Source of the DNA: the human T2T-CHM13v2.0 reference genome, Homo sapiens | NCBI RefSeq assembly: GCF_009914755.1 | Contig: NC_060932.1 | Reading direction: 5' to 3' (one strand) | DNA: 64,000 bases | Shown: positions 1-12,790 of the stretch, one piece after another | How positions within the stretch are numbered: the stretch's first letter is position 1 | Layout: each line of letters starts with the position of its first letter | Translations under genes and position numbers: made by a program | The notes under the pieces: model-generated | The model's input: only the letters and a program-made list of their open reading frames with translations | Databases searched by the model: none | Told to the model about the DNA's origin: nothing

Positions 1-404
1 GAATTTAACATTTTATTTGGGATACAAGAATTGCAATGAGGGACATACATACAGATAGGATGGTCTTCAGTATATCCGAAGAATGAAGAGAAGACTGGGA
101 GTTTATAAAAAAGAGAAATGTTATGTATTGTTTTTCCAGAAAGTTCTTTGGCATTAGTCAAATTTTGGGGAGGTGGCAAGCTCTCATTGGTGAGTTATGG
201 CAGTAAAACCAGTCTTAGAATTGCAGCAGGTTGTTTCAGCAGCCGTGAGATAAAACTGGTTTCAGGTTACAGCAGGCAATTTCAGCATCCAGGCTTGCAG
301 AAAATTACATTCTCAAAGTGCTGTTACATTCCCTGAGTGCTTCTCCTAATGGCTTCTTGACTCTGTTTTAGTTGGGTGTGACAAGAATGACCCAATTCAC
401 ATCA
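1..404 (-). mobile_element. ERV1-class LTR (subfamily unassigned), truncated by window edge
   Basis: Reverse complement begins TGATGTGAATTGGGTCATTCTTGTCACACCCAACTAAAACAGAGTC and has the internal GCTGAAA..CCTGCTG..AAAC/GACTGGTTTTA repeats I recall from MER/LTR ERV1 elements. Confidence 0.6.
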
Positions 405-466
405 CTTATTGGATATATGATTTGCAAATGTCTTTTCCTATTGTGTAGGCTGTCTTTTCACTTTAA
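405..466 (-). mobile_element. Old L1M ORF2 3' fragment
   Basis: ttattggatatatgatttgcaaatgtcttttcctattgtgtaggctgtcttttcacttt is typical antisense L1 sequence. Confidence 0.5.
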
Positions 467-1539
467 CGGAGGGAACTCTTCATGTAGAAGGTGACATGTG
501 GGATAGCTCCTGAAATGAATGGCAAAAATAGAATAAAGCTAAAAACTACTAAAATAAGAATATGCATTATAATATGTATGATAAACAGATTGTGTGATTA
601 GGGCTGTTGCTCAACCATCTGTGCTGTGTATTTTTGTTTGCAGATCTATGATAACTTTCTGTGTTTCAAGTGTCACTGTTTAAGCTACTCTAAATTAAAG
701 AAGAGCAAATTAAAAAGGCAAATTAAAGAAGAACAGCAATCTCTTTCTTGCTTCCTATATTGATCAATTCCCCTGATGAATGGTTTGCCAATTATCTATA
801 AATACATTGGTAGGTATTTAAGGATAAGCAGACTAGAAACTGCATTTTCTAGGGCTTATTGGGAATAACATTCAGATAAGTCAATGTAATGTGGAAAATT
901 TGCAAAACTTGCTTTCGTCTGTAAAGCTTGGAATGCATAGGGATAGAATGCACTTTTCTGTCTTAAAAGTGAAAAAGATGGTCATGAAGTCCTTCAAAGA
1001 AACATGGACACACACAGACACATTGGCTAAAATAGCAAAGACATACTGGAATTCCTAGTGATTTCACTGTGATTCCTAATGATTGTGTATGGTACACTGT
1101 GAACTAAGATCATAAATTAATGCCAAGTTAGACAAGTAAGTTTTTGACACTGGAAATGGACAATGTCGTTACTGTATAAGATAAAAATGAAAAAAATACT
1201 ATAATTAGGGACTGCCAGGCAGTAAATGAGATGCAGTTACCTGAAAGGGGAAATAAGAAAACATCTTACTTCACTGTATGCCAGTGAACGAAGTGTGATT
1301 TATACAGACAGTACTAAGTTAGGAAGGTGCCTTCCATGTGCAAGAAGAAAAAAACTAGGGGAAGAAAGTATATCCTGAAATATTCTTGGAGGCTTCTCTT
1401 TTCTGTCAACCTGAGAGATAATGATAGGAAGTTATGAGGAAGTGAGCTTTTCAATTATTGTGGACTGTTTTTATTTTTCTCAAAATCCCTTAGGTGAACA
1501 AAGGAAATCAAATCAATATAAACAATGGAAATGTCTGAG

Positions 1540-1720
1540 ACATTTAGGAAATGGAAAACAATGTCCAACAGTAAGACTTGGACAGATCCAAACTGATACA
1601 GAAGTGGTGGAAAATTCCATCACCTTTGAATATTTACCCCCTCTGAAAATACAGCAGAACATCTACTGCTAACATCGTCAGTAGGACACTGAATTGGAAT
1701 GATTTAATCAATCAAATACA
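1540..1720 (+). mobile_element. Possible L3/CR1 3' fragment
   Basis: gaagtggtggaaaattccatcacctttgaatattt weakly resembles the CR1 3' end; highly diverged. Confidence 0.3.
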
Positions 1721-2157
1721 TCAGTCAAATTTTTACTCCCCATATCCAGGAGAAGCAGTTTCTCACAGATGTTTTATTGATATGTAGGATCGCCAGGAAA
1801 AGAGACATTTTCCAAGGTAATCTGGGAAAAGTCTTGATTAGAATCATTTACGGTTATTTTGGTAGCTCTGGGTTATTAGGCTTAGCTACTAGGCTGCTCT
1901 GTATAAGGTCCTCAGAAGTTAATAGGAATTAAAATAGAAAGTCAGACCAGTAATGATCCGGAAGAGGATTATATCCCCCAATTAAGACCACAGGATTGGT
2001 TTGTGGATGACAGAGTTGAGCTGCTGGCTCTCAACCCTGCAGATTAGGAACATACTAGAACTCTTTCTAGCTATTTTCAGAGTCCATTTTTGGATGTGTC
2101 ACACATGACTTTACATAAACTTTTTACAAAATTTCATTTATATTTTTACTTGCCAGT

Positions 2158-2660
2158 GATATTTGTTGAGACTGGGTTTTACTACATATCACAGAGTTCT
2201 AGAATATCAATGACTTAAACAAGATAGTATTTTATTGCTTTCTTGTTAAGTCCAGAGGTGGGCAAGGCAGTGTGGAGATGGCAGGACTGATCCATGGTGG
2301 GCCCAGGGACCCAGCCTTGTCTCACATCGCCAGGCTACCTTCACACATGTGTGCCCTTATCCACATGATATAGTCATCACATCTGTGTTCCAGGCAGAAG
2401 GAAGGAGGAAGAGATGAAGAGTGGCCACAGGTGCCGTAGCTCATTCATAAATAATTTTGAAGAAGCTGCCAGAGGAAATTTCTACATACATCTCATTGGC
2501 CAGAACATAATCATATGATTACACCAAGCAGCAAGGCAGGCTGGAAATGGAGATTTGATTTACAAAACTATTTACCCAGCTAAAAAATTGAAATTCAATT
2601 ACTCTGAAATAAAGGGAGAACAAATACCGGGAGACAGACTGTGGTATTCACAATACCACA
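2158..2660 (-). mobile_element. Old MaLR solo LTR (MLT1J/K/L-like)
   Basis: Motifs gacttaaacaagatag, cagggacccagcct, cacatctgtgttccaggcag, catctcattggccagaac; ends ...ccaca. Confidence 0.7.
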
Positions 2661-2666
2661 ACTTAG

Positions 2667-2985
<319 letters not shown>

Positions 2986-5029
2986 TAGAATGAATTTTGT
3001 AACACAATTCTGTCTTTTAGTTACTCTACATTTACCTGTTTTGAACTTCAGCACTGCCTTGTAGTTCTAATGTAACTGGCTTGATGTTGATCAAGAAGTA
3101 ACTAAAAGATGCCTGAGATCTCTGACTGTGGAAATGAGAACTACATGGGGGTACATTTAATGGGGTTTAATGAGGTGGTTACCTTTTAATGTTTCACTGT
3201 TATTACAGAATAGTTGTGTTCACTCCTTTTGTACTCATTCTGTGATTATCTACTTAATTATTTGACTTTTAACAAATTATCAAATGTAACCACTCAGCAA
3301 ACATTCTTTTCAGGCTGACTCTTAGACGTTTTTGTCTGTGTTTACATGACAGTGTCCCCATATCGCTGTGAACACTGTGAACGCCCTCCGCTGCACCTTC
3401 TGAAGCGTGAATGTTTCTTCTTTGGCAAAAGTAGAACTGAGTAAATAAACCTTGCCTCAGTGGAGAGAGACACTTTGGGTAATGAAAACTCACCAATGGT
3501 TTGGCCTAATTATGAATCATCAACAGGATATATGCTTCATGGCCAAAGAGATGGAAATGGATAATGCCATTTAAAATGTGGGAATATAATTACAGGAAGA
3601 AGAGATTATGAAACATCATAAATGTTGAAGAGAAATCTTGCTTCAGATGCCACTTAAAGTAGGCCAGTAGGTTAAGGAAGAATATAAATAAATACATATT
3701 GTCTATTTAAACCATATAAACATTAGAAAGATATTTTAGTAGCAAAATTAATCTTGAAAATTATCCATCCAAATATTTTTATTTTATAGAAGAGGTTACT
3801 GAAATACAGGAAAGTGAGCCAGGAACTGTTATAAAATTAGTCATAAACCTCTCGGGAAAATAATTTCTATTTTTGCCATTATTGAATAATAGTCAACTAT
3901 ACACAAAAGATTTTTGTAAAATTCTCACAAAGAGCTGCAACTGTTAATAATTTTTCTCATAATCAATTATTGACATTATTTTTAAGTTAAATCTTGAAAC
4001 AAATCCCTAAACTCCTAAAATGAGGGGAAAGAATCATCTCCTCATAAAAATGACATGATTTGGAGAGTAAAATTGACATTTGGATATCATGTCTTACTCC
4101 TGCAAGCAAAAGCCAGTTGATACTTAAATATATGTGTCTAACTGCTTAAATATAAACGCAAAAATTCCAAAACAACTCAAGCTTGGAAACACAGAAGTAC
4201 TATGAAAACTGCTACCCATTGTTTATCTGCTGCTGCTTGTTTACCAAGAGCAAATGTGAGTGCTCGTACATTAGATATGAGAACTAACATCAAACCAGCT
4301 TAAAAACATATTTATTTCTTATATTCTCAGCTTTTCACAGCTTGGTGGGCAGGAACTAAAATTATTTCAGTGAAATCTAAAGAGAAACCCATTAATCTGG
4401 CAATCAGGGCGATGACAGGGCATTTATAAGCTACCAATCACATGTTGTATTTAGTCCTGCATGTTTCTCCATTAGCTTCTTCTGTTCAATATATTCTTCT
4501 AAAAAGGTTTTGGAAATATTTCATCTGTCTCTGTTGATTAAGGAGCATTTGTTTTCCATGCTTTAGTTGGATAATGAAGAAAATAAGCACTATAATCTAC
4601 TTAACAAGCAAGACCGTGGAAAACTTAACCACGAAGCTAACAGAATTGCTGACCTTTTGTCATTTCTGCATCACCCACAGAATGACCTTCTGCCTGAAAA
4701 GTTCATCCAGAGAGTCATCACTTTGTACCCCTGATCAGCGTGCTAAGCAAAGAGCAGCTGTGACTCAGCCTGGTGACTGAAGAGATGGTTCCTGGTTCTT
4801 TTATAGGGCACCTGTGTCCATTTTGCTGCTGTGGACATCCATCTTTACTCAACATTCCTAAATTAAAATTGAAGGCTTTAGGAAGAGTTGTTATTATTAT
4901 AAAGCTATATTAAGAAATAATAGCCTTTAAAATTTATTAACACATTCTTAACAAATGTTATTGGGACAGGAAAATGAAGCAAACAAAAAGACATGAACAG
5001 AAGGGATTCTGTAGGATTTGTAGTTGATT

Positions 5030-5143
5030 CATTCATTCTCTTTCTTTCAGTCCATTTTTTTCTCCTCTCTCTTTTTCTTCCTCCCTTCCTTCCCTACCAT
5101 TCTCTCCCCTCCCTCCCTTCCCATTTCCTTTTCTCTCCTCTCC
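5030..5143. repeat. CT-rich low-complexity tract
   Basis: Near-pure polypyrimidine run. Confidence 0.8.
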
Positions 5144-5570
5144 AACACTGGTTACTGAAAATGCTTTACTTAATGATTTTGTAATGTCAGGACATGCTCT
5201 GGCAACCTCTCAAATACTTGGAAGGATTAATATGAAGGAACAGGCTGGCAGCTTGCTGAATTCATTTAAACAACAAATGCTATGGAACAAACAATTGTAA
5301 AAATGAGTGCCAGCTGGTTTTTTAAAGTAACTTTTCTTACTTAACTGAAGGCTGGTATCAATTGAACTAATTCAATGCAGAAGGGCCATCTTCATGCTGT
5401 TAACTCCAAAGAAATGTTGAGTTATTGTTTTTTGCAATAGTGGTGTACACAGCCTATTTCACTCTATCTTGGTATCTGTTTTCACAAAACCATCACAAGA
5501 ACCCAGATATAACTCAAATCCAGTCTGTCCATTACACACAGATTAAAATTCCAGACATAAAACTAAATCT

Positions 5571-6662
5571 GTTTTTTTCAAATGAAAAATAATTTTAATT
5601 GACAAGTAGAAATGATCTTTACTGATCATATACAACACATCCTTTTGGAATACGTATACATTGTAAAATGGCTAAATTGAGCTAATTAACATACTTATTT
5701 TTTAGGGAATGAGAATACTTAACATTTCTCGGCAATTTTCAAGACTATAATATATTGATATTAACTATAGTCACCATGTTTTACGATAAATCTATTTAAC
5801 TTATTCCTCCTATCTAACTTAAACTTTGTGTCCTTTGACCAACATCTCAATTGCCTCCTCGACTCCAGTTCCCTGGTAACTACCATTTTACTCCTTACTT
5901 GTATGAGTTCAACGTTTTTAGATTCCAAGTATAAGTGAGAACATGCAGTATTTTTCTGTACCTGGTTTATTTCACTTAATATCTCCTAGATTTATCTATG
6001 TTGTCACAAATGACAACATTTTCGTTTTCTCAGGGTCAAGTAGTACTCCATTGTGCATATATACCATATTTTCTTTATCCATTCCTATACTGATGGATAC
6101 TTATTTTGAGTCCATATCTTGGCTATTGTGAATAATGCTGTAATGAACAGGGGAGTGTAGCTATCTCTTTGACATACTGATTTCATTTCCTTTGTATGTG
6201 TATCCAGAAGTAGGATTGCTGGATCATGTGGTAGTTCTATTTTTAATTTTTTGAGGAACCTTTATGCTATTTCCCATAAGTACAGCACTAATTGACATTC
6301 ACACTAACAATGTACAAGAATTCTCTGTTCTCCACATCCTCACCAAAATTTATCTTTTGTCTTTTTGATAATAGTTATTATATCAGGTGTGAGGTGATAT
6401 CTCATTGTGGTTTTAATTTGCTTTCTCTGATGATTAGTAATATTGGGCATTTTTCATATGCCTGTTGGCCACTTGTGTGACTTCTTTTGAGAAATGTTTA
6501 TTCAGATCTGTTTCCCATTTTTAACCTGGGTTATTTGTTTTCTAACTATTGAGTTGTTTGAGTTCCTTAGAGATGTTGAACCCTCATCAGATGTATGGTT
6601 TGCAAATGTTTTCTCCCATTGCATAGGTTGTCTCTCTACTGTGTTGATTGTTTCCTTGACTG
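5571..6662 (-). mobile_element. 5'-truncated L1MA8/9-like LINE-1 (3' UTR and ORF2 end)
   Basis: ttaactatagtcaccatg, gtgagaacatgcagtattt, ggattgctggatcatgtggtagttctatttttaattttttgaggaacct; ORF 6502-6705 is a decayed ORF2 C-terminus. Confidence 0.92.
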
Positions 6663-7349
6663 TGTCCATTACACACAAATTAAAATCACAGTAATTAAAC
6701 CACATCTCTATTATTAGCTGGATTTCATGGGGGCACGTTTCACTGTAAGCATTTTGGATTCAGAGCTTTTCTGGTTACTTTGGGTAAAGGCCCCTAAGCG
6801 GCAGGATGCTTCTCCTCCAGGATTCCTTGGTTTCTGATCTCTGAACTAGCTATGTTCTTCAGCTACTTTTCAAACAAAAATGAATAACTTGCTGACTCAC
6901 TGACTTTACACACAAAAGTATAAGAAACAACTTTCTTGGCAGAGGGGTTCATTTAATGTTCTCTAAACTTATTCTCCTTTGTGGCCCTGTTCTAGCAGCT
7001 GTTTTTTATCTTTATTATTTATTAATAGGGTTATGGCACACCATAGATTTTTGAACCTCTCTCTCTCTCTGGAGCTTAAATTATTGCCTGATAGGAAAAC
7101 TATCAAATCATATTGATTGTTTCAGGTCTCAGAGATGTTTCTCCTGAGCTAATTTTCTTCCTCTTCCATTTGTCTCTTACCCAGGAGAGAAAATACAACC
7201 CAGAGTGTGTTAGAGGTGAATTGCTTCATGAATTGCTTCATGGAGCTTGCTGGCATTGATCAACACAGGATTCTGCCCTTTTCTTTTGTGGCAGTTTCCT
7301 GCTTAGATAAATTTTTCATTGCTGTGGTTTTAACGACTTATTTTTATTT

Positions 7350-7465
7350 TTTCTTTTTACAAAGTAATAAATGTGCATGGAAGTACTTCAAGTAGTACAA
7401 AGTGTATACAGTAAGTCTCCTTCCACCCACTGAGACCCAGTCCTCCAGCTCATCTCCCAAGAGGA
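7350..7465 (-). mobile_element. L1ME-type 3' end fragment
   Basis: tacaaagtaataaatgtgcatgg...aagtctccttccaccc...ccagtcc resembles antisense L1ME tail. Confidence 0.4.
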
Positions 7466-7539
7466 GCGTCCCTAAAACTTCCCATTACAGAGACAAATTT
7501 CATTTCTTCGTCCTGTAATTCAGAGCTCTCCATGATCTT

Positions 7540-7899
7540 TCTTGAACCTCTTTCCCTCTTTTCTAACCCCTACTCCTGGCACATACCCCCTACTGTCACC
7601 ATATCTGCTATCCTGCTCCTGGATGAGTCCTGGGTTTGCTCCTGGGTTTTCCCTGGGAAACACAGGTCTTTGCTCTGCTGGTCCCGTCTGGCAGGGTGTC
7701 CTCTGTTCTCCTCCCAAAGCCTGCCCAGCTTCAAAACTCTGCTCAGATCTAACCTGCCTTGCAAGGTCTTCAGAATTTCCCTAGTCTGAAAGTGATCATG
7801 TTCTCCTTTTTCATCTTGTCATGAAGCATGATGGCTGATTTTCTAGTATTCATCTGATGTGTTTGTCTCCACTACTAAGCTGTAAGATCTGAGGGGGAA
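7540..7899 (+). mobile_element. L2 fragment
   Basis: cttcaaaactctgctcagat and tgtttgtctccactactaagctgtaagatctgaggg are L2 3' motifs. Confidence 0.45.
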
Positions 7900-8000
7900 G
7901 GAATTAAGAAACTTCAACTCTAGGCTCAGCTCAGCCATTAATAACCATGTGCCCCAGAAAAAGCCACTATACTTCTCTGAGCCCAGTTTTCTTATCAGTC
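7900..8000 (+). mobile_element. MIR fragment
   Basis: ctctaggctcagctcagccatt...cttctctgagcccagttttcttatc matches the MIR core. Confidence 0.55.
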
Positions 8001-9759
8001 ACAACATTTTTGAAAACAAATAGCCAAGCCTTACAAGACTCAAGAAGAAAGCAGTAGCTCGTGCTGCCTCTATGTTCTTAAAGTAGGGAAACATATTCTT
8101 TCTTTCCTATGTAAATGAAAATAAACATTTCAAGTAAATAAATTAGGTTATTACTGTCTCTAAGAACTACAAGCCTCATGGAAATACAAAGAATGTGTTT
8201 ATTGAAGTATATGAAGTAAACACTGAGAATTATAAATCTGAGCGATTAATCCAGAATCCCAAGTTCCATGGAATGTTTAATTATGTACCAATACCCTCCA
8301 TTCAAGTAAACAACTTGCAGGTTGATTGAATTCATGGACTTTCATTGGTGGTCTCTGAAATTAAATAAAAACCTTTAAGCTTTCTTAAGGTGTTGTTTAT
8401 AGCAGGTGTTATGTCTTATGCACCTGCAGGGAGGGATGGTCAGGCAGGGGCTTGTGACCTTATTTGAACAGTTAAAATACTCAGTACATAATCACCAAAA
8501 TGTCCTTCTAGGAAAGAATTTCATTTAAGTCTGGTTAAAGTAGACTTTAATATTCATAAGAGGACAGAATTTTTGCCTAAATAAATCTATCGTGCAGAGT
8601 TTTGTGGCAATAATTAAATAAAGCCGAAGAGCTTAACATTACAATGGAAATTTTTCTTTCTAAAATAGGAAATAAAAACAAATAGTTTAACATTTCAGGT
8701 CATGAAAAAGAGCTTATAAAATTCTCAGACTACAGATATTAAGGTACATTCATACAAAAAAAAGAGGAAATAAAAAGAATAACAGGAGTTTTTTTTGGTT
8801 TAACTTTACAAAAATAATTGTGAAAACCTGGATGAAAGAAATAATGTTCTAGAAAAATATGGTGTACTCATCCAGATGATAGAAAATCTAGGTAGATGTT
8901 CTAAAAAGGAAATCAAATAAGTAAAAAAGTTGCTTTTGTTTCTTCAAATGGTTTCCCTGGAGAATTCTACAAAACATTTAGAGACCACAAAATTCCAATG
9001 TTACTTAAATTATTTCAGATCATTAAAAAAGAAGAAAAGTCTCTAGGTGCATTTTATGAAGGAAGTATAACATTGATAACAAAGAAATGACAAAGATCAC
9101 ACCAAAAGGAGAATATGGAGACTAATCTCATTTATCAATAAAGTACAAAAATCTGAAAATACTAGCATATAAAGCTCAGTAGTTCTTAAAAAAATGATAA
9201 GTCATTACAAGGTGGGGTTTATTTTAGAAATATAAGACAATATTATGAACTGTAATTCATTACTTGATGGATCCAAAGAGAAAAAACAACTGATCAGCAT
9301 TAACAATACTGAAAAGAGCACTGAGCCAGCATCATGTTTTATGGAATAACTTAAGAAGCATTCCGAATTTTTTTAAATGGGGTGATGAGATGAAGTGGAG
9401 GTAATAGTCAAGTTCATTTTGAAAAATAAAAATACCTCATGCATACATCAACATAAATTACTCTTAATGAGTTAATATTTTAAATGTAAAAAAATCAAAC
9501 AGCAAAAACATTAGTAAATTCTTGTAAAGGAGGAAGATCTTTCTAATTACAGACTCAAAGCCATAAGCCATTTTAGAAAAGATTGTAAAATTCAAGTACA
9601 TTAAAACAAGTCAAAACAAAAACTTCTGCGTGGAGGTAAAAATTTGATAAGCCAATTCAAAGGACAGACAACTGACAAACTGACAAACATTATTTGTAAC
9701 TCATATCACAAAGAAAAAGCTCACCTCCCTCTTACGTAAGCATCTTCTTCAAATAAATA

Positions 9760-9844
9760 TTAGGTTGATGGAAAAGTAATTGCGCTTTTTGCCACACTAG
9801 TAATAGCAAAAACCACAATTACGTTTTTTTTTTCGCCAACCTAA
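9760..9844. mobile_element. MADE1 (Hsmar1-derived MITE)
   Basis: TTAGGTTGATGGAAAAGTAATTGCG...CACAATTACG..GCCAACCTAA palindromic TIRs flanked by TA. Confidence 0.9.
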
Positions 9845-9877
9845 TATTTAAGTTTACTTTTGCACCAACTTAAAAAA

Positions 9878-10150
9878 GGCTCATGCCCATAATCCCAGCA
9901 CTTTGGGAAGCCAAGGAAGTGGGCTGATCGCTTGAGCCTAGGAGTTTGAGACCAGCCTGGGCAACATGGTGAAATCCTGTCTCTACGAAATATACAAAAA
10001 TGAGCTGGGCATGGTGGTGCGCACCTGTAATCCCAGCTATTCAGGAGGATGAGATGGGAGGATCGCTTGAACCCGGGAGGTGGAGCTTGCAGAAAGCCAA
10101 GATTGTGCTGCTGCACTCCAACCTGGGTGACAGAGCCAGACTTTGTCAAA

Positions 10151-10181
<31 letters not shown>

Positions 10182-10182
10182 A
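9878..10182 (+). mobile_element. AluJ-like, missing first ~13 nt, (AAAT)n tail
   Basis: gatcgcttgagcctaggagtttgagaccagcctgggcaacatgg; dimeric; tail 10147-10182. Confidence 0.95.
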
Positions 10183-10329
10183 GATGTCTGTCTGTTAAAC
10201 ACATAGGAAAAAAATAGGCAAAGAATATGAACAGAGAGTACAGCACAGGCAATACAAATGGCCTTTAGATTTATAAGAGGATACTCATCTGCACTCATAA
10301 AAAGAGAAATGCTGAATCAAATAATACCA

Positions 10330-10807
10330 TGTTTATGGTTTCAAAACATGGCCCCAGAATTATATGACACTCTTTCCATTAGGAGGTGAAGTCTGTATCT
10401 CTTTCTCTTGAATCTGAGTTCTGTAGCTTTGCAACCAAAAGCTTACGCAGGGGTATTACTGGGCCAATTTCTGAGCCAAGGCTTTAAGAAACACAGTTTC
10501 CACTTCCTCTGTCTCTTTCTCTTAAAACCCAGCCACCATGCTGTGAGGAAGCACAAGCTTCTCAGTAGGAAGGCCCATGCGGACAGGAACCAACAGTCCG
10601 TACTGACTTGCCAGCCATGTGAGTATCCGTCCTGGAGGCAGGGCCTCCAGCCTCAGTTGAGCTGCCCAGTTGGCCCTGGAGGGAGCTGTCCTCGTCAAGC
10701 TTGGAGAAACTGAAGATTTGAAACTAGTTAAGTAAGTGTTTTGTTTTAAGCCACTGTGAGCTGATTTAAGGTGGTCTTTTAATATATAGTGATAGATAAC
10801 CAGAGCA
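10330..10807 (+). mobile_element. MaLR solo LTR (MLT1F/G-like)
   Basis: TG...CA ends; aacccagccaccatgctgtgaggaagc, gccagccatgtgagt, ttgttttaagccact, atagataaccagagca. Confidence 0.8.
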
Positions 10808-11104
10808 ACCATTTTTACTATTTTCCACTTCTTTTAGAATGTCAAAAATCCAGAAATTTGACAACTAGATTGTCAAGGCTTTGTGGAAGCAGTTACTCTT
10901 ACACATTGCTAGGAGATACGGAGATGAGATGGATTGAGGCAGCCATGGAAGCAATCATTTCCTGTATTTTTTTTTTTACTCTTTTGGATTTGGAACTATA
11001 TGAGTAAAATAACTCTTTCACACAGTCTACCTTGAAAATAACCTTGAAAATAAAAAAAGTTAAAGTATATACCAATTAGTTATTTAGGAAATTTATATTT
11101 AATA

Positions 11105-11312
11105 TGTGTATTGAATTATACAGTTTATAAGGCAATTTTACAAATATTGCCTCATTTTATTAATCATAACAACTCTCTGAAGAATAAGTAGGACAATTAT
11201 TATAATCCCCATTTATAATTGCAGAAACCAAAACCCTGGTTTTCACCCATCAAGTAAATAGTAAGGCCAGAATTTAAACTGAGCTCTCCTGATACCAAAT
11301 CCAATTCTTTTG
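11105..11312 (-). mobile_element. MIR
   Basis: ataacaactct...attataatccccattttataattgcagaaacc...ccagaatttaaact. Confidence 0.65.
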
Positions 11313-11329
11313 CATGAAACAGCTTCATT

Positions 11330-11545
11330 TAATGGACAGCAAACTATGATAGAAATGAGTAGATCCAGGTCCTACTTCCAACTTTTTCTTTATCTCTTGA
11401 ATATTACTGGGTAAGATACTCAAGTTCTCTTGCACTCAATTTCATCACCCAAAAACTAGACATGAAAATACATATTGTTCTCATTTACTTCTGGAGAGCA
11501 TTATCGGGATAAAATAAAATAACAACTGTGAAGATGTTTTGAAAA
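11330..11545 (+). mobile_element. MIR, head-to-head with the previous copy
   Basis: ctgggtaagatactcaagttctcttgcactcaatttcatcacc...gataaaataaaataac. Confidence 0.55.
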
Positions 11546-12393
11546 AGGAATTGCAAATCATTAAAATATGAATTATAAATGTAAAAGAGCATGGCTCTGC
11601 TTAAAGATAGCTGACTGAGGACACAAATTTTCAGTTAAAAAGATAGAGTTAAGAATACTCACCAATGTGAGATGTAAAGAAATTTTAAGGAAATAGGAAG
11701 TAGATGGAGTATGAAAACTGATGAAGTGGGAGAGAAGCAGGACTGTGTAGCATACACTAAGAAGAAACACAGCCAAAGAGGTTGCTGATCAGCCCCACAG
11801 ATCTCTGGACTGTCTAGGATTTGGACATACCATGTGCATTACTACCACTCCAGTCCAAAACTAAAGAGATCAGTGCCCCCCAGATAAAGCCAATTCCATT
11901 CAGACATTTAGTCATCTCCAGTGAAATGATTGACTTGCGTTGTCATCTCAGAAGTAAATCTGGTAATTGACAAATTCCATCCACATATCCAGGTCTCTCA
12001 ATCAGCTTTCTGTTGCCTCAGTCTTAAAAGTGACCATTGAAAAACAAATGATACAGGGAATAGAAAAGAATTTTAAAAACCTCTGATTGGTATCCTTATA
12101 AAGATTCATTAAAAATTTCCATCCAGTAAAAGAAGATAGTATACTAAGTAATAATGAGGAAATAAGAAAGGCCTCTCTGAAAATTTTTTTCACACACAAA
12201 AATAAACAAATAAGTTCGAATTCAAATTAAGGAAGTGTCCTTGAAAATATTACAAAGGATGAAGAGTTGTAGAATACAAGGGTAAAATTCAGAGATATGA
12301 AATTATCAATATGTGAGATCCAACATATAACCAATGGGATTCCATAAAAAAGATTAGTAAAATTGGAAAGGAGGAATTATCGAAAAACTAGAA

Positions 12394-12790
12394 CAGCAGT
12401 TCTCAAGGTATGATCTGAGGACCTCTGAGGTCCTCCCTTTTCTTTATCATAACCAAAAGACATATTTCAACAGATTGAATGCAGAAGCAAATACAAGAAT
12501 CAGTTGTCTTCTTGTAAGATATTATAGAGATTGTCAAAAACAATGCTATTTTTAACCTTAATCCTTTTGTTTTGGGAAGTATATTTTCAAAAAAATGTAT
12601 ATTATCAATGTTAACATGCAATGATTTTCTTATTAAAATATTTTGAAATTAATGCGTATTTTTTACATTTCTGAATTTAAATTTCTAGTATGTTAAATAC
12701 TGATAGATGCAGTAAACAAAATATCTTTAGTGTCTCCAATATTTTTTAAGAGTGTAAAGAAGATCTAGGATAAAAAAAGTTTGAAGGCTG
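12394..12790 (+). mobile_element. hAT-Charlie non-autonomous element (Charlie1b-like)
   Basis: Starts cagcagttctcaagg; contains caacagattgaatgcagaagca and ttttaagagtgtaaag; ends aaaaagtttgaaggctg. Confidence 0.75.

Larger units (their letters stand above)
8660..10920 (+). mobile_element. Ancient L1 (L1ME-like) ORF2 remnant, interrupted by MADE1, Alu and MLT1
   Basis: gaaaacctggatgaaa, ctggagaattctacaaaacattta, ttttatgaaggaagtataacattgataac, ggcaaagaatatgaacaga; colinear across the insertions. Confidence 0.8.

Noticed and set aside
11105-11545. Head-to-head MIR pair as a hairpin
   Set aside because: The copies are too diverged for a convincing stem by eye
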